Assembly: GCF_009914755.1 (NCBI RefSeq) | Contig: NC_060941.1 | Reading direction: 5' to 3' (one strand) | Source: the human T2T-CHM13v2.0 reference genome, Homo sapiens | DNA: 64,000 nucleotides | Shown: one piece after another, positions 43,252-54,550 of the stretch | How positions within the stretch are numbered: position 1 is the stretch's first letter | Layout: every line of letters starts with the position of its first letter | Notes under the pieces: generated by a model | The model's input: only the letters and a program-made list of their open reading frames with translations | What the model was told of the DNA's origin: nothing | Database searches by the model: none | Position numbers and translations under genes: made by a program

Positions 43252-43421
43252 ATGGTTCACTGTGCCGGCTGCAAAAGGCCCATCCTGGACCGCTTTCTCT
43301 TGAACGTGCTGGACAGGGCCTGGCACGTCAAGTGCGTCCAGTGCTGTGAATGTAAATGCAACCTGACCGAGAAGTGCTTCTCCAGGGAAGGCAAACTCTA
43401 CTGCAAGAACGACTTCTTCCG
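43252..43421 (+). CDS. LHX1: LHX1 coding exon 1 (LIM domain 1)
   Basis: ACCATGG start; [56 protein letters not shown] is a LIM zinc-finger; donor CG|GTGAGT at 43422; 170 nt. Confidence 0.98.
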
Positions 43422-45343
43422 GTGAGTACTTTCCTCCCACGCCTCTGCTGCTACCTCCCCGCGGGCCCTTCCCGGCCAGCTTCGGATCAGAGGTTAGCGT
43501 GGCCTCGCTGCCCAGTTAGGAACTGCTTCTAGAGAGGGCAGCCAAGTCCCGCGGGCGCCCGCCTCTCCGCCAGCTGGCGCGCTGGGAGCCCGGGACGCGG
43601 CCCTGCTTGCATCCTGGAAACTATGGGTCTGGGTTTGGCTGCATGTGCCTGGGAAGAAAGGGTCTGAGCCTGACTCGGCCCAGAAGCCCCTTCAAGCTTG
43701 GAAGAGACAGGGCAGCCTCGGGCGTTGTAGCCCGGACTGCTGTCTTTCCCGGAGCCAAGCTCTGCAGCAACTGCATTCTCCAGGCCTTCGGGGTTGTTTG
43801 CCCTCCAGGCAGAGCCCAGGCTCCCTCCCGGCCACTACCTTTTCCGACCCCGAGCGGTCTTGGCGGTAAGCTCCGAGCCTTTTGCGTAGAGTGTCTGGGC
43901 CAACTGCCCTGTCAGCGGCAGGAAAGAACTCGGCCTTAAAGCCGATCCTGCACGCCCGGGGGTCTTCCCCAAACCCGGACATGCCTCCGAGTGCAGACCT
44001 GGACAAACTGCTGCACTGTAGCCTGCGAAGTGCCCGGAGCTTTTTCCTGCTTCCCTGGCTGCCGAAGTTGTCTGGTGGTTCGGCTTCAGCCCCAGGTGAC
44101 TCCGACTCCCACGGGCTCCGCTCAGTAGTCCTCCTAGGAAACTGCCAGCCACAGCCAGCAACCTCCTTGATGAAACCTGGGGGAAAGCCGAGACCTCCAG
44201 CTTGCTGGTGGGGAGACTTCTCCCTACCCCCCTTATTCGTTTAGCATTTTAATTATATTATCGTACACTCACAATTTTGCCGCTCCATTCACACAAACAC
44301 ACAAGTCAACAGAGAAGAACGGGCACAAATGCGAATTGTAATTCCACCCTACGGATGTGAAATATCGCAATTTACTCGGCTGACTTGGTCTCTGCTTTTC
44401 TGAGTTTGTGGTCATAGTTCAAACCAGGGAGCAGGAGGAAGAGGGATTCAAAGCCACTCAGAGGGCCAAGACGCGCTGTCCCCAGTGCCGCTCCAGGACT
44501 CGTGGCTGGGGTTGGGTTGCGTGGAACCATGAAGCAAAGCTCCGTGCTCGCTGGTATTTCGGGAGAACGCGCAGGCTGAGCCTCTGAGCCTCCGCGGGCT
44601 GCCCGGTTTTCCTCAAGGACTGGATCATAGCGGGAGGGTGGCAAACCGTACTCGTACCCGCTGCCAGTGGGTCCCTGAGCCTGGCTTCCACAACCCGCGG
44701 CAGAGCGCCCAGAGCCAGCTCCCGCAGCTCCCGCTTTTGCCAACCTGTCCCGCTTTAGGCAAGAGCGTGGCGGCGGCCCCGCTAAGGCTACGGAGGGGGG
44801 CTCTCCGCGGCTATGTTTGTTTACCAACAGCGGGGCTAGACATCGCCAACCCCATGCCTATGTGCGGGTCCTTTTGCGATGAAGGAGAGAAAAGCGGCGC
44901 TCCGCGCACGTTTATATAGAGTTCTAATTGTAATTCGACTTTTCTGAATCTAATCGGAAAATAAGTGCCCCGTTCCCCCCGCCCACACAGGTCACTGCCT
45001 TGCCACCTTCTTTAGACGATGCATCTTTCCTCTGGGATAACGCTGGGAGTGAGGCTGGGGCTTGGCGGGTAGCTTGGGCCCCTGGCTCTAACCGCGTGTA
45101 TCCCCTCCCTAACTCTTCCCTGGTGCCGCGCTCTCTCTCCTGCTGCCTCCTCACCTGCTTAACCGGAATTCTGCCTCTCTTTATCTCTCTCTTCCCTTCT
45201 TTCTGTGCTCCATTCCTCCTCTCCTACTTCCTCCACTTTTTACATCTTCCCTCTTTCTCGCTGTCATCTTTCTCTCCGCCTGTCTCCCCTTGCCCCTGGC
45301 TGACCCATCCCCGCCCCCGCCCCCCACCCCCACCCCCCCGCAG

Positions 45344-45570
45344 GTGTTTCGGTACCAAATGCGCAGGCTGCGCTCAGGGCATCTCCCCTAGCGACCTGGT
45401 GCGGAGAGCGCGGAGCAAAGTGTTTCACCTGAACTGCTTCACCTGCATGATGTGTAACAAGCAGCTCTCCACTGGCGAGGAACTCTACATCATCGACGAG
45501 AATAAGTTCGTCTGCAAAGAGGATTACCTAAGTAACAGCAGTGTTGCCAAAGAGAACAGCCTTCACTCGG
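45344..45570 (+). CDS. LHX1: LHX1 coding exon 2 (LIM domain 2)
   Basis: acceptor ccgcag|G; [37 protein letters not shown]...CKEDY; donor G|GTGAGG; 227 nt, frame continuous with exon 1. Confidence 0.98.
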
Positions 45571-45663
45571 GTGAGGCCCCAATTCCTGGCTGGCTAGGTG
45601 CAAGCGGGTCCTGGGGGAGGAAGGCTCGCCAAGGCCCCGGCTCATCTGTCCTTTCCCTCTTAG

Positions 45664-45941
45664 CCACCACGGGCAGTGACCCCAGTTTGTCTCCGGATTC
45701 CCAAGACCCGTCGCAGGACGACGCCAAGGACTCGGAGAGCGCCAACGTGTCGGACAAGGAAGCGGGTAGCAACGAGAATGACGACCAGAACCTGGGCGCC
45801 AAGCGGCGGGGACCGCGCACCACCATCAAAGCCAAGCAGCTGGAGACGCTGAAGGCCGCCTTCGCTGCTACACCCAAGCCCACCCGCCACATCCGCGAGC
45901 AGCTGGCGCAGGAGACCGGCCTCAACATGCGCGTCATTCAG
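45664..45941 (+). CDS. LHX1: LHX1 coding exon 3 (linker and homeodomain helices 1-2)
   Basis: acceptor ctcttag|CC; [47 protein letters not shown]; donor CAG|GTCAGG; 278 nt. Confidence 0.98.
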
Positions 45942-47253
45942 GTCAGGCCCCGGCGCGCCTCTCCATCCCACAGAGGCCCACACTGCCACTTTGGGCACCC
46001 AGGCCGAGCCAGGAGAGCCCAGAATCCAGAGAGAAGTGAGAGATGGAGTCCAGAGGTGGGGTGCCTAGACACATCCCGAGCCTGCGGGACCTATGAAATG
46101 CCTGATGCCTTCGAGCATCTAGAAAGTCCTCTTCCCAGCCCAACAGAGGTGATCGTGGCAGTGGAGGGGGAGGGACGGGAGTTCAGCCAGAGGCTGGAGG
46201 AGGAGAACTGTTGAACACTCTGGAGAGAGTGGGGAGCCCTCTTTCTGCACATACCCCACCCCACCTCGGGTTCGGAAGGGTCAGAGAAGTCTCAGTGTCC
46301 CCCAGAGTCAATCAGTCCCTCTGCCTTCTGCACAAAGTGAACTCTTCCTAAGTCTGCAACTCCAACTTTGTGATCGCTTGCTCCAATTAGACAAGCCCCA
46401 GATCAGGGACTTCCCCTCCAAAGAGAGGTGGTTCCGCCGGGAGTCAGCTCTGCTTCCAGCGGGTTGGAGTGAAATTTGGGTATGGGAGCCTACCTGGAGG
46501 CAGCTGGGCCTGTGGGCGGAAAGGAGGTGAGACTGCTGAAGCTCCAGGCCAGGGGGAGTCTCTGGCTCAGTGCTAGGTGTCCGGTTCACCGGGCCTGATG
46601 CCCTGCGTGGCTGTGGGTGGATGTACCTGCCTGGGAGGCTGGCTGTGCATGTGCACATGTGTGCAACACGGAAGGCCCTGAGGCCTACAGGAGACTGTGA
46701 GAACCTGTGTACATGAATGAGAAGTCGTGTGTCTGTGTCACTATTGGCAAGAGGCTGTGGATAAGTATGTTTGGCACTGTGAGATTGTACATGGGTGTGA
46801 AAAGGAGATTGTAGGTTTTGGTATCATAGGCTGTTTCTGTGTCTCTGTCATGGTTGGGGGGAGGGTTGCTGCAAGAGACCGTGAAATGGAAACGCGGTGT
46901 GTGTCTGACATTATTTTGGAGAGGCGTAGTCTCTATGTGTGTACAGCCCCAGAGAAGCGGTAACTGTGATAGTGTGACTGTTAGAAAAACTCCAGCTATA
47001 CCACAACTCTCCCCCTCCAGACACGGCGGCCTGTCCAGGTCCTCCTGTGGGATTCCTGCTCACCATTGGCTCAGGGTCCGCCCTGAGTGGTCCTAGTCAG
47101 AGATCGCACCGTCACCACTACCCTACACACACACACAAGCGCGCGCGCGCGGTGTCGGCTAGCCAGGCGGTGAAGGGGTGCTGGCTAGGCCCGGAGCACC
47201 CCGGGGTCGGGGGTGGAGTCTCGGTGGCCTCACCCCGCCGCCATGTGCTGCAG

Positions 47254-47419
47254 GTCTGGTTCCAGAACCGGCGCTCCAAGGAGCGGAGGATGAAGCAGCT
47301 GAGCGCCCTGGGCGCCCGGCGCCACGCCTTCTTCCGCAGTCCGCGCCGGATGCGGCCGCTGGTGGACCGCCTGGAGCCGGGCGAGCTCATCCCCAATGGT
47401 CCCTTCTCCTTCTACGGAG
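47254..47419 (+). CDS. LHX1: LHX1 coding exon 4 (homeodomain helix 3)
   Basis: acceptor ctgcag|GTC; [16 protein letters not shown]; donor G|GTGGGT; 166 nt. Confidence 0.98.
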
Positions 47420-47805
47420 GTGGGTGCGCGCCGAATGGCGGGGCACGGCCAGGTCGGGGCGGGCTTCGTTGGAAGCGGGTGGCAGCGCGGGGGGGCACGC
47501 CTCGCTCTCTGTAAGCCACTGGAGAGTTGGGGCGAGTAGGGAGAAGGCTGGGAGTAAATCAAGGGGAGGCGGCGAGACCGAGGACCCAATTCACGGCCCT
47601 GAATAACGGGGGTAGCTGGTAAGGGGCAGCTCCCGGGCTTGCGCCCAGCCTCCTCCCTGCACCCAGGCCCGCGAGGGCTCCCCGCGATCCGCGAGTTCCC
47701 CGCGTGGCCTTCCTCAGCCCGCCGAGGTCGCGTCTTCCCTCCCTTTCGGTCCCGCCGGCCCCCGGCCGGGCCCTGACGTCCTGCGCCCTCCCCGCCGCTC
47801 CGCAG

Positions 47806-48185
47806 ATTACCAGAGCGAGTACTACGGGCCCGGGGGCAACTACGACTTCTTCCCGCAAGGCCCCCCGTCCTCGCAGGCCCAGACACCAGTGGACCTACCC
47901 TTCGTGCCGTCATCTGGGCCGTCCGGGACGCCCCTGGGTGGCCTGGAGCACCCGCTGCCGGGCCACCACCCGTCGAGCGAGGCGCAGCGGTTTACCGACA
48001 TCCTGGCGCACCCACCCGGGGACTCGCCCAGCCCCGAGCCCAGCCTGCCCGGGCCTCTGCACTCCATGTCGGCCGAGGTCTTCGGACCCAGCCCGCCCTT
48101 CTCGTCGCTGTCGGTCAACGGTGGGGCGAGCTACGGAAACCACCTGTCCCACCCCCCCGAAATGAACGAGGCGGCCGTGTGGTAG
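47806..48185 (+). CDS. LHX1: LHX1 coding exon 5 (Pro-rich C-terminus, stop TAG)
   Basis: acceptor ccgcag|AT; (D)[18 protein letters not shown]...EMNEAAVW*; exon sum 170+227+278+166+380=1221 nt = 406 aa plus stop. Confidence 0.98.
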
Positions 48186-49666
48186 CGGGGTCTCGCACGG
48201 TCTGCGGAGTTCGTGGTTGTACAGAAATGAACCTTTATTTAAGAAAAATAGAAAAAAAAAAAAACATAAAAAGCAAGTCCCCACCCCCTTCCTCCAGCCT
48301 CGAGAACCATTCTCCTTCTGGGGAGACCGGATGGAAAAGGGGGACACGAAATAGGATCCAAATCGGCCTCGAGGTGGGACTGGGATCCGCGCACTGGCTG
48401 TCGACGTGCAGAACTGGGGCTCCCCAAAGGAAACGCAGACCTCTCCCCAACTCCCACCTGGACCCGGATCCGTAGACAGACCCCGCGGGCGTGTGCGCCT
48501 GGCAGGCGGGCGGCGAAAAGACGTCCAGGGCAGCCGCGGGTGCGCACAGCCGTTGGCGATGCCAGGAGCCGTGGGGAGGGAGGCCGTGAGCACAGCCGGG
48601 TGAAGGAAGTGAAGCGGCCCAGGGCGCTCCCGGGCCAGCCAGGAGGGTTCTAGCTCTGGGATATCCCTTATTAGTGTTGTCTCAGAGTTCAACAACAGCG
48701 ACAAAAAACTCTTATAGCTTCAGAAACGCCGACCTGCCGTGCATCAGGTGGGACTATATATATATTTTTTGTCTATCTGGATTTTTGGTTTTTGTTTTTG
48801 CCAAAATTGCAAAATTCTAAATGTAAAGCCCTCCGTATCAACTCTTCTACCTTCGCAAAACTACACATACACACATACACACGTACACGGACACACTCGG
48901 TAAGATGGTCTCCAGCCAGACCGCTCAGTAAAATGACTTGAACATCAGCTGTACAAGAAAAGTATTCTACCTTCACACACAAAAAGTTAAAAAAAAAAAA
49001 AAAAGACTATTGAACTAAAAACAGTCAACTGTTTACGTATAATGTTAAATTCAGGAGTTCAGTGTTTTACTAATATATCCTGTTTTGAAACCTCTTGTTC
49101 GAAAACAAAATGTTTTGAGCAATCAACCAAAATTGTTCCTTTTCTTTTCCTGTAGATGTTCTGACAGATTTGCAGGGCTTTCGGCTCACTGTGCTAGTAT
49201 GTAAAAAGGTGTTGTTTACACGAGGCAAAGAGAAAACATGCTATTCAGACAGTTGCCAAATAGAATAATTATAGCACAAATACTGTAAAGGTGCCTGGCA
49301 CCAGCAACCTGAGAAAGTGTTAAAAAAAAAAAAAAAAAAGTGTTACAAGATTTAAAAAAAAACATCTTTGCTAATTTTTTTGTCCTGTTGAACATTCATG
49401 GAATTGTTAATATGACTTATATAGACCCACACAGGTTTTATTTTTGTGTCTTTAAAATAAAAGTCCAAAATATTTAAATTTTATGGTCAAATATGCAGTC
49501 AACAGCTGCTACTTTTTCTTTATATATTAAATTTCTCATATGTCTTTTATTGTTCTAATAAACCTAAGCTTGTGTGACCTCCAGTGCATATTAGACCATT
49601 CACTGTATGAAAGAAAACATGTTGAATAAATTTGTGAGTTTTTAATAAAAATAGAAAATCTGATGT
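48186..49666 (+). other. LHX1: LHX1 3'UTR
   Basis: AT-rich tail with AATAAA at 49456, 49557, 49625 and 49644, followed by GT/T-rich sequence (~49670-49700). Confidence 0.75.
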
Positions 49667-49700
49667 TTAGATAATTGGTGTGTTATTTGATGTTTTCAAA
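49625..49700 (+). terminator. LHX1: LHX1 polyadenylation signal region
   Basis: tandem AATAAA (49625, 49644) plus downstream GGTGTGTTATTTGATGTTTT element. Confidence 0.7.
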
Positions 49701-50109
49701 GGGGAACCCTGATGGGGAGCTGAATGGGTCCTCAGAAGCCAGGTGGAAAAGAGAGGCAGGATTGGGATGATATATCTGTTTTTGCCTTGGCTATGGCTGA
49801 AACCTTTTGCTAATGCCAGCCAAGCTTTTCTCTGTGGCTTCCTGCTGTTATTAGCTACAGATTTACATCCTGTGGATTTAACTGATACCGTTGAAGAGAT
49901 GTTTGCTGATAAGTTAATATAGAATTTGAAATAGAAATCAAATCCATGGCTAAAAAATGAGTGGTCCAGGTCTGTGATTAGGCATAAGATCCAAGGCATT
50001 CCCTCTTTCACTCTCCCTGCACATGCAAAACTGGGCTTGTATCAGATACTTGTAATACATAGTTAGAGGTGGTCCTTTTCAGTTTCAATTCATTTCCTAT
50101 AGATAATCC

Positions 50110-50181
50110 GGCTTTCTAATTTGGTAGTTTGAAAGATAATGTAAAGGCTTTCTAATTTGGTGGTTTGAAAGATAATGTAAA
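50110..50181. repeat. 36-bp tandem duplication with one mismatch
   Basis: GGCTTTCTAATTTGGT(A/G)GTTTGAAAGATAATGTAAA x2. Confidence 0.95.
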
Positions 50182-53100
50182 ATGAATGTATAGTACAGCT
50201 AGAAATGAAATACTTTAATCCCTTTCACAGAACTGATATGAAATTGTTGTTTTATAGTATTTGTTACCTTTGAAGTTCCCCAGAAGGAAAACTATTTTGC
50301 CTGGCACAAGATACATATTAAGTTTCTCTGAAAGATGAACAAAAATAACTAATATCAAAATCAAATTTCAACTCAAAAGGTTCTAAAAGTAGCTCGATTC
50401 TTTCCAGTCCTTCATTAGACTTGGAAGAAATTTGAATATTTTATCTACTATGAAATATTCTTGTGGATGTGTGTGTGTTTCAGTATCAGATGCTATTAGA
50501 GTTCCAGGATTTCTTTTCCATATCACCTAGATTTCACTCTGGATTATTTATTTCCTTATTTAAAAAGTCAAAGGTTTGACATTAAATGGTATATAATTTC
50601 CAGTGCTGTTTTCAAATTTTGTTAAGACACAGCCAAGTTTATCTTTCCTGCAGAGAAGGCTTTAAAATAAGCAATATTTCACTGCATCCATATGATGGCT
50701 TATCTAATGGGGGAGGAGGCTATCCGGGAGGAATCTGGCAGTGTTCTTTCAGAAATAAAAATGTATGAAATACAGAGGAGACTTTTGAAACTCCCAGCCT
50801 CTGCATGCAGCACATTTCTTTATTTGCTTTATATGCAATCACTGGATCGGCTTGTTTTTACCTTTTTAGCATTTATACACATTAAATCCTAGCTAACTTA
50901 TTCATTATAGCCTCTACTCCCTAGCCCCCTTTAAAGACATTCATTTAAATGAACTGCGCTCACTGGGAAGCTGCATTTTCCTATCAAGGCTGCTGAATTA
51001 TTTAGCAGCTTTATTGTGGAATCGGGGTATTTGATAAGAAGCGTTTTCGAGTTGGGCACACGATGTGGATTCGATTCTTCTAACAACGTGGTTGTGGCGC
51101 AGTCTCTCCCCTCGTCGCGGGATTCAGAATCCTGGCGAAAACCCGAACAGGTGGCAACGCTCAGCAGTCAAATTTGGAGCCGAAGGCCCCAAGGAGGAGG
51201 CCTGGAAATGTCAGGGCCTGTTCTCCTTCCCATCAGTGCTGTGCCGCCCACCTCTGGCCCCGAGGTGCGGGGACGTGCGGCACCATACCTAGGCGGAGCT
51301 CCCGCAGGAGGCGCAGCAGGAGGGAAGCGCCACTGCAGTCCCCTCTCGCCTGGGAGGGCAGCCTGGTTTCTCCCTGTGGCCATCTTAAAGCCACCACCTC
51401 TGTGCCTCTCGCCACCTGCCTTCAGGGTTCCAGCAGCAGGGAGCCACCATCTGCTCTGGCGAGGGAGCTGAAGCTCACCCACCCAACTTCTCCGGGCTGG
51501 CTGCCGCTGGTAAGCTGCTCTAGGTGAGGCACTTGGGGAAGTATTACCTGTGGAGAGCCAGGATAGGCATTGCCAGGGCTGGCACCTGAGGGTGGACAGC
51601 ATCTGAAGAGAGGCAAGTGGGAACTTGGTTTTCCCAAACTCTTGAAACTCCTTGTCAAGTGAGCAGACAGTTGTTTGGGACAATTGGAAAGTGTCACCCC
51701 TTGCCCATCCTCTGCTGTGCCTAATCGCCTGCCACTTTGCAGCCCTTGGAGGGCAGGGAGAGGGATTGTGGACTGGGCGCCCCTCCGCCTTCTCTGGAGA
51801 AGGCCATTCTGTTAGGGAACTGCTCACCCTTATTCTCCTCTCCCTGTTCCTCTCATCTGCTCTCATCTCTACATCAGTCAGAGGTTGAAACTCCTCGCCA
51901 CAGTCCACTCTCCATCTCCATCCCTACCCCATCAATAAGCCCTTCCCCCACCATCTCAAGACACTGGAATGCAGGTAGGGAGAGGCCCCCAGAGGGAGTA
52001 TTTGAGAATTTGCTCCCCTGTCCCTTGCCTCAACTACTCTCAGTTGCATCTTAATTCCTAGAATTACTTCCTCTTCCCTCCACTCCTGGAGTCCTCTTTC
52101 TACCTTCAGTATAAGGTCAGGCAAACATTTTGGGGGGCCCTGGGATGTGTGTGACAGTAGAACGGTCTTGATTCCTTGCTAAAATGGCTTCCCAAGTCAG
52201 TAGGGACCAGGACAGAGAAGGGAGAGTAAGTAAACAGGTCTATGGCATTTTCTGCTGAGTGTTTGCCCAGCACAGCCCCCAAATTGACCAGCAGTGTCCT
52301 GTTTGCATGACAGCTTAGAGGTGGTCTCTGCAGTGACTCACCTCCCTTTCTCTTTTCTTCCTTCTCTTTACCTCAAAGGCCAGGTTTCTAAGCATTGTAA
52401 GTACCCAACATAGCAAGGGGATAGGATTGCAGGAGGTAGTTTCTTAAATGTGGGGTGGGAGAAACATTTTTGTCCTTTGAAGCCCCATGGCACCTTGTCA
52501 AGGAGCAAGGAACACACTTTTGCTTGGGAGGCCCGGACACAGGCACAAGACTGCAATTATAGAGGATAAACGAAAAACTGTTCTCTTAGGCTAAGCTCTC
52601 TTATGGATGGTAAAAAGCCATTTTCTTCTCCTGAGTGCCCTGCCTAGCCTGGCATTCTTTTCCTTCCATGTCTGAGGGGGTTTACCCTCAGACAGGTTCT
52701 CCTTCCCCTCTGCAGCCCTGGTTGTCTTCATTCTTCAAGGGCCACTTTACAGGGACATGGAACAGGCTCCACTAAAGTGGTGTCCTCTTATTGCTCTTGG
52801 CCCTGAGGACATATGAAGATTGTGAAAGTCAGAGATCCTCTCTTCCCTTGGTTTTCATGGGAGACAGTAGAGAGCTGAGGGTTCCCCAGTTGTTCAGCTG
52901 TGGGATCCAACTGGCCCGGGCTGTACCCAAGGGGCACTGCCACAGTGCACCACTAACATCTCTTTTCTGGATCCTTTTGAGGCAGATTCTGTTTAGAGGG
53001 GTCTAGGTCTCTACAGGCAACCTCCAACAGATACCATAAGAATAGACCACTTTGTAGTCACACTTATCATCCCTTATTGCAGTTTCTGTTTACATGTTTG

Positions 53101-53499
53101 TCTACCCTCCTAGGCTGATTACCGTTGGGGGGAGAATCCAACTTACTTATCTTGTATCTTATCTAGCAGTGCCTGCCACATAGTGGGCAGTCAGGGAATG
53201 CTTGATGAAGGAAAGAGGATGTAAAGCGATTGTGTCTTTCCGTGTGCGGGGTGCAATTACATTTATACTATTAAGTCTTTATATTTTGAGTCTGTCCCTC
53301 TAACGGTAGACCTGTATTTTTCTGCATTTGTGCACCTGCTTAAGCTGCCTGAGCATGCCCTCATCTCTGAACAGCAAAGATAATCAATACCGAGGGGTAT
53401 GCAGTGGAGTAATCCACACCCCACCCCCTTTCCCTTGCTCAGGCAAGGGTACTTAGAGACGCTACTGAAACTATCTTTAGCCACAGCGATTCCTAAGTA

Positions 53500-54550
53500 T
53501 TCCCATTAAGAAAGACGCCAGCAGTCCGCCACACACTTACACGTGCGTATCCCTGACATAGGATTCCCAAATCCTGGCCGCTGAAGGGCGGGAGGCGTGT
53601 GCCCGGCCTCAGACTACTATAAATTGCGAAATGACAAACCTGCTTTGGGTCCCAGTCTCTGCGTGCCCGAGTGCGCACCCGCGATTCGAGCAGCTTAAGC
53701 CCTACTCCCTCCTCCTTCCCAAATCAGCCACCGTGGGCCACGGCTACGCTATGCTTTATTCCTAAGCGAATCTCGCACAAATCTCGAGGCATATTTTGTA
53801 CAAGGGGACACTGGCCGCGCGCATCGCAATCGCATCTCAGCGACAGAAGCGGTCACGTGCCTTGGCGCGCTTCCGCACCGCCCCTTCCCGCGCACTCGCA
53901 CGCGCACGCGCACACGCGCCCATACGGCTCCAATCCCTTCAACCTTCTGCGCGCTTCCGCCTTCATGCTAGCAACGCCCGCAGTGACGCGCAGGCCCCGC
54001 CCCCTCCCGCGCGCCTCCCGGAAGTGGCCGGTCCAGAGCTGTGGGGTGGCCTCCGCGCGGTCTCTGGCCGAGTCGGGGAATCGGATCAAGGCGAGAGGAT
54101 CCGGCAGGGAAGGAGCTTCGGGGCCGGGGGTTGGGCCGCACATTTACGTGCGCGAAGCGGAGTGGACCGGGAGCTGGTGACGATGGCGGGGCCGCAGCCC
54201 CTGGCGCTGCAACTGGAACAGTTGTTGAACCCGCGACCAAGCGAGGCGGACCCTGAAGCGGACCCCGAGGAAGGTGAGGCCGGACTGGGGCAGGCCACGT
54301 GCGGAGCGGTGGGCCAGGCCCTGTGGGGCAAGGGGGCGGCGTGGGAGGGGCGTGCGCGAGGCCGCCGGGCCTGCGCTCCTTCGCTTGGCGCAGAGGAACG
54401 TCGCCTCCCGCGAGGGTGGTCCCGGCCTCGGGAGGAGGGCTTCGGCTTCTTTTCACACGCACTCGAAACTTGGTGCTCGGCTGGATGGGCGGAACAGATC
54501 GAGGGCTCAGGCCGAGAGGAGCTGGTCTTCAGGTTTACTTGCTCCAGGCC
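53500..54550. promoter_or_regulatory. AATF CpG-island promoter
   Basis: CpG-rich; E-boxes CACGTG (~53541; GTCACGTG 53852-53859), ETS/GABPA CCGGAAGTG 54018-54026, CRE half-site TGACG ~53983. Confidence 0.85.
54183..54273 (+). CDS. AATF: AATF (Che-1) coding exon 1
   Basis: ACGATGG start; [30 protein letters not shown]; donor G|GTGAGG; 91 nt. Confidence 0.96.

Larger units (their letters stand above)
39400..44900. promoter_or_regulatory. CpG island over the LHX1 promoter, 5'UTR and intron 1
   Basis: very high GC and CpG density; edges by eye; weaker CpG-rich patch at ~37200-38600. Confidence 0.85.
47100..48650. promoter_or_regulatory. intragenic CpG island over LHX1 exons 4-5
   Basis: dense CpG across intron 4 and the proximal 3'UTR. 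Confidence 0.8.

Noticed and set aside
47238-47295. GCCGCCATG Kozak-like start just before exon 4
   Set aside because: Intronic, out of frame with LHX1, and stops after 16 codons
47704-48704. Alternative-frame and antisense ORFs over LHX1 exon 5
   Set aside because: Shadow ORFs of GC-rich coding sequence; no independent start context
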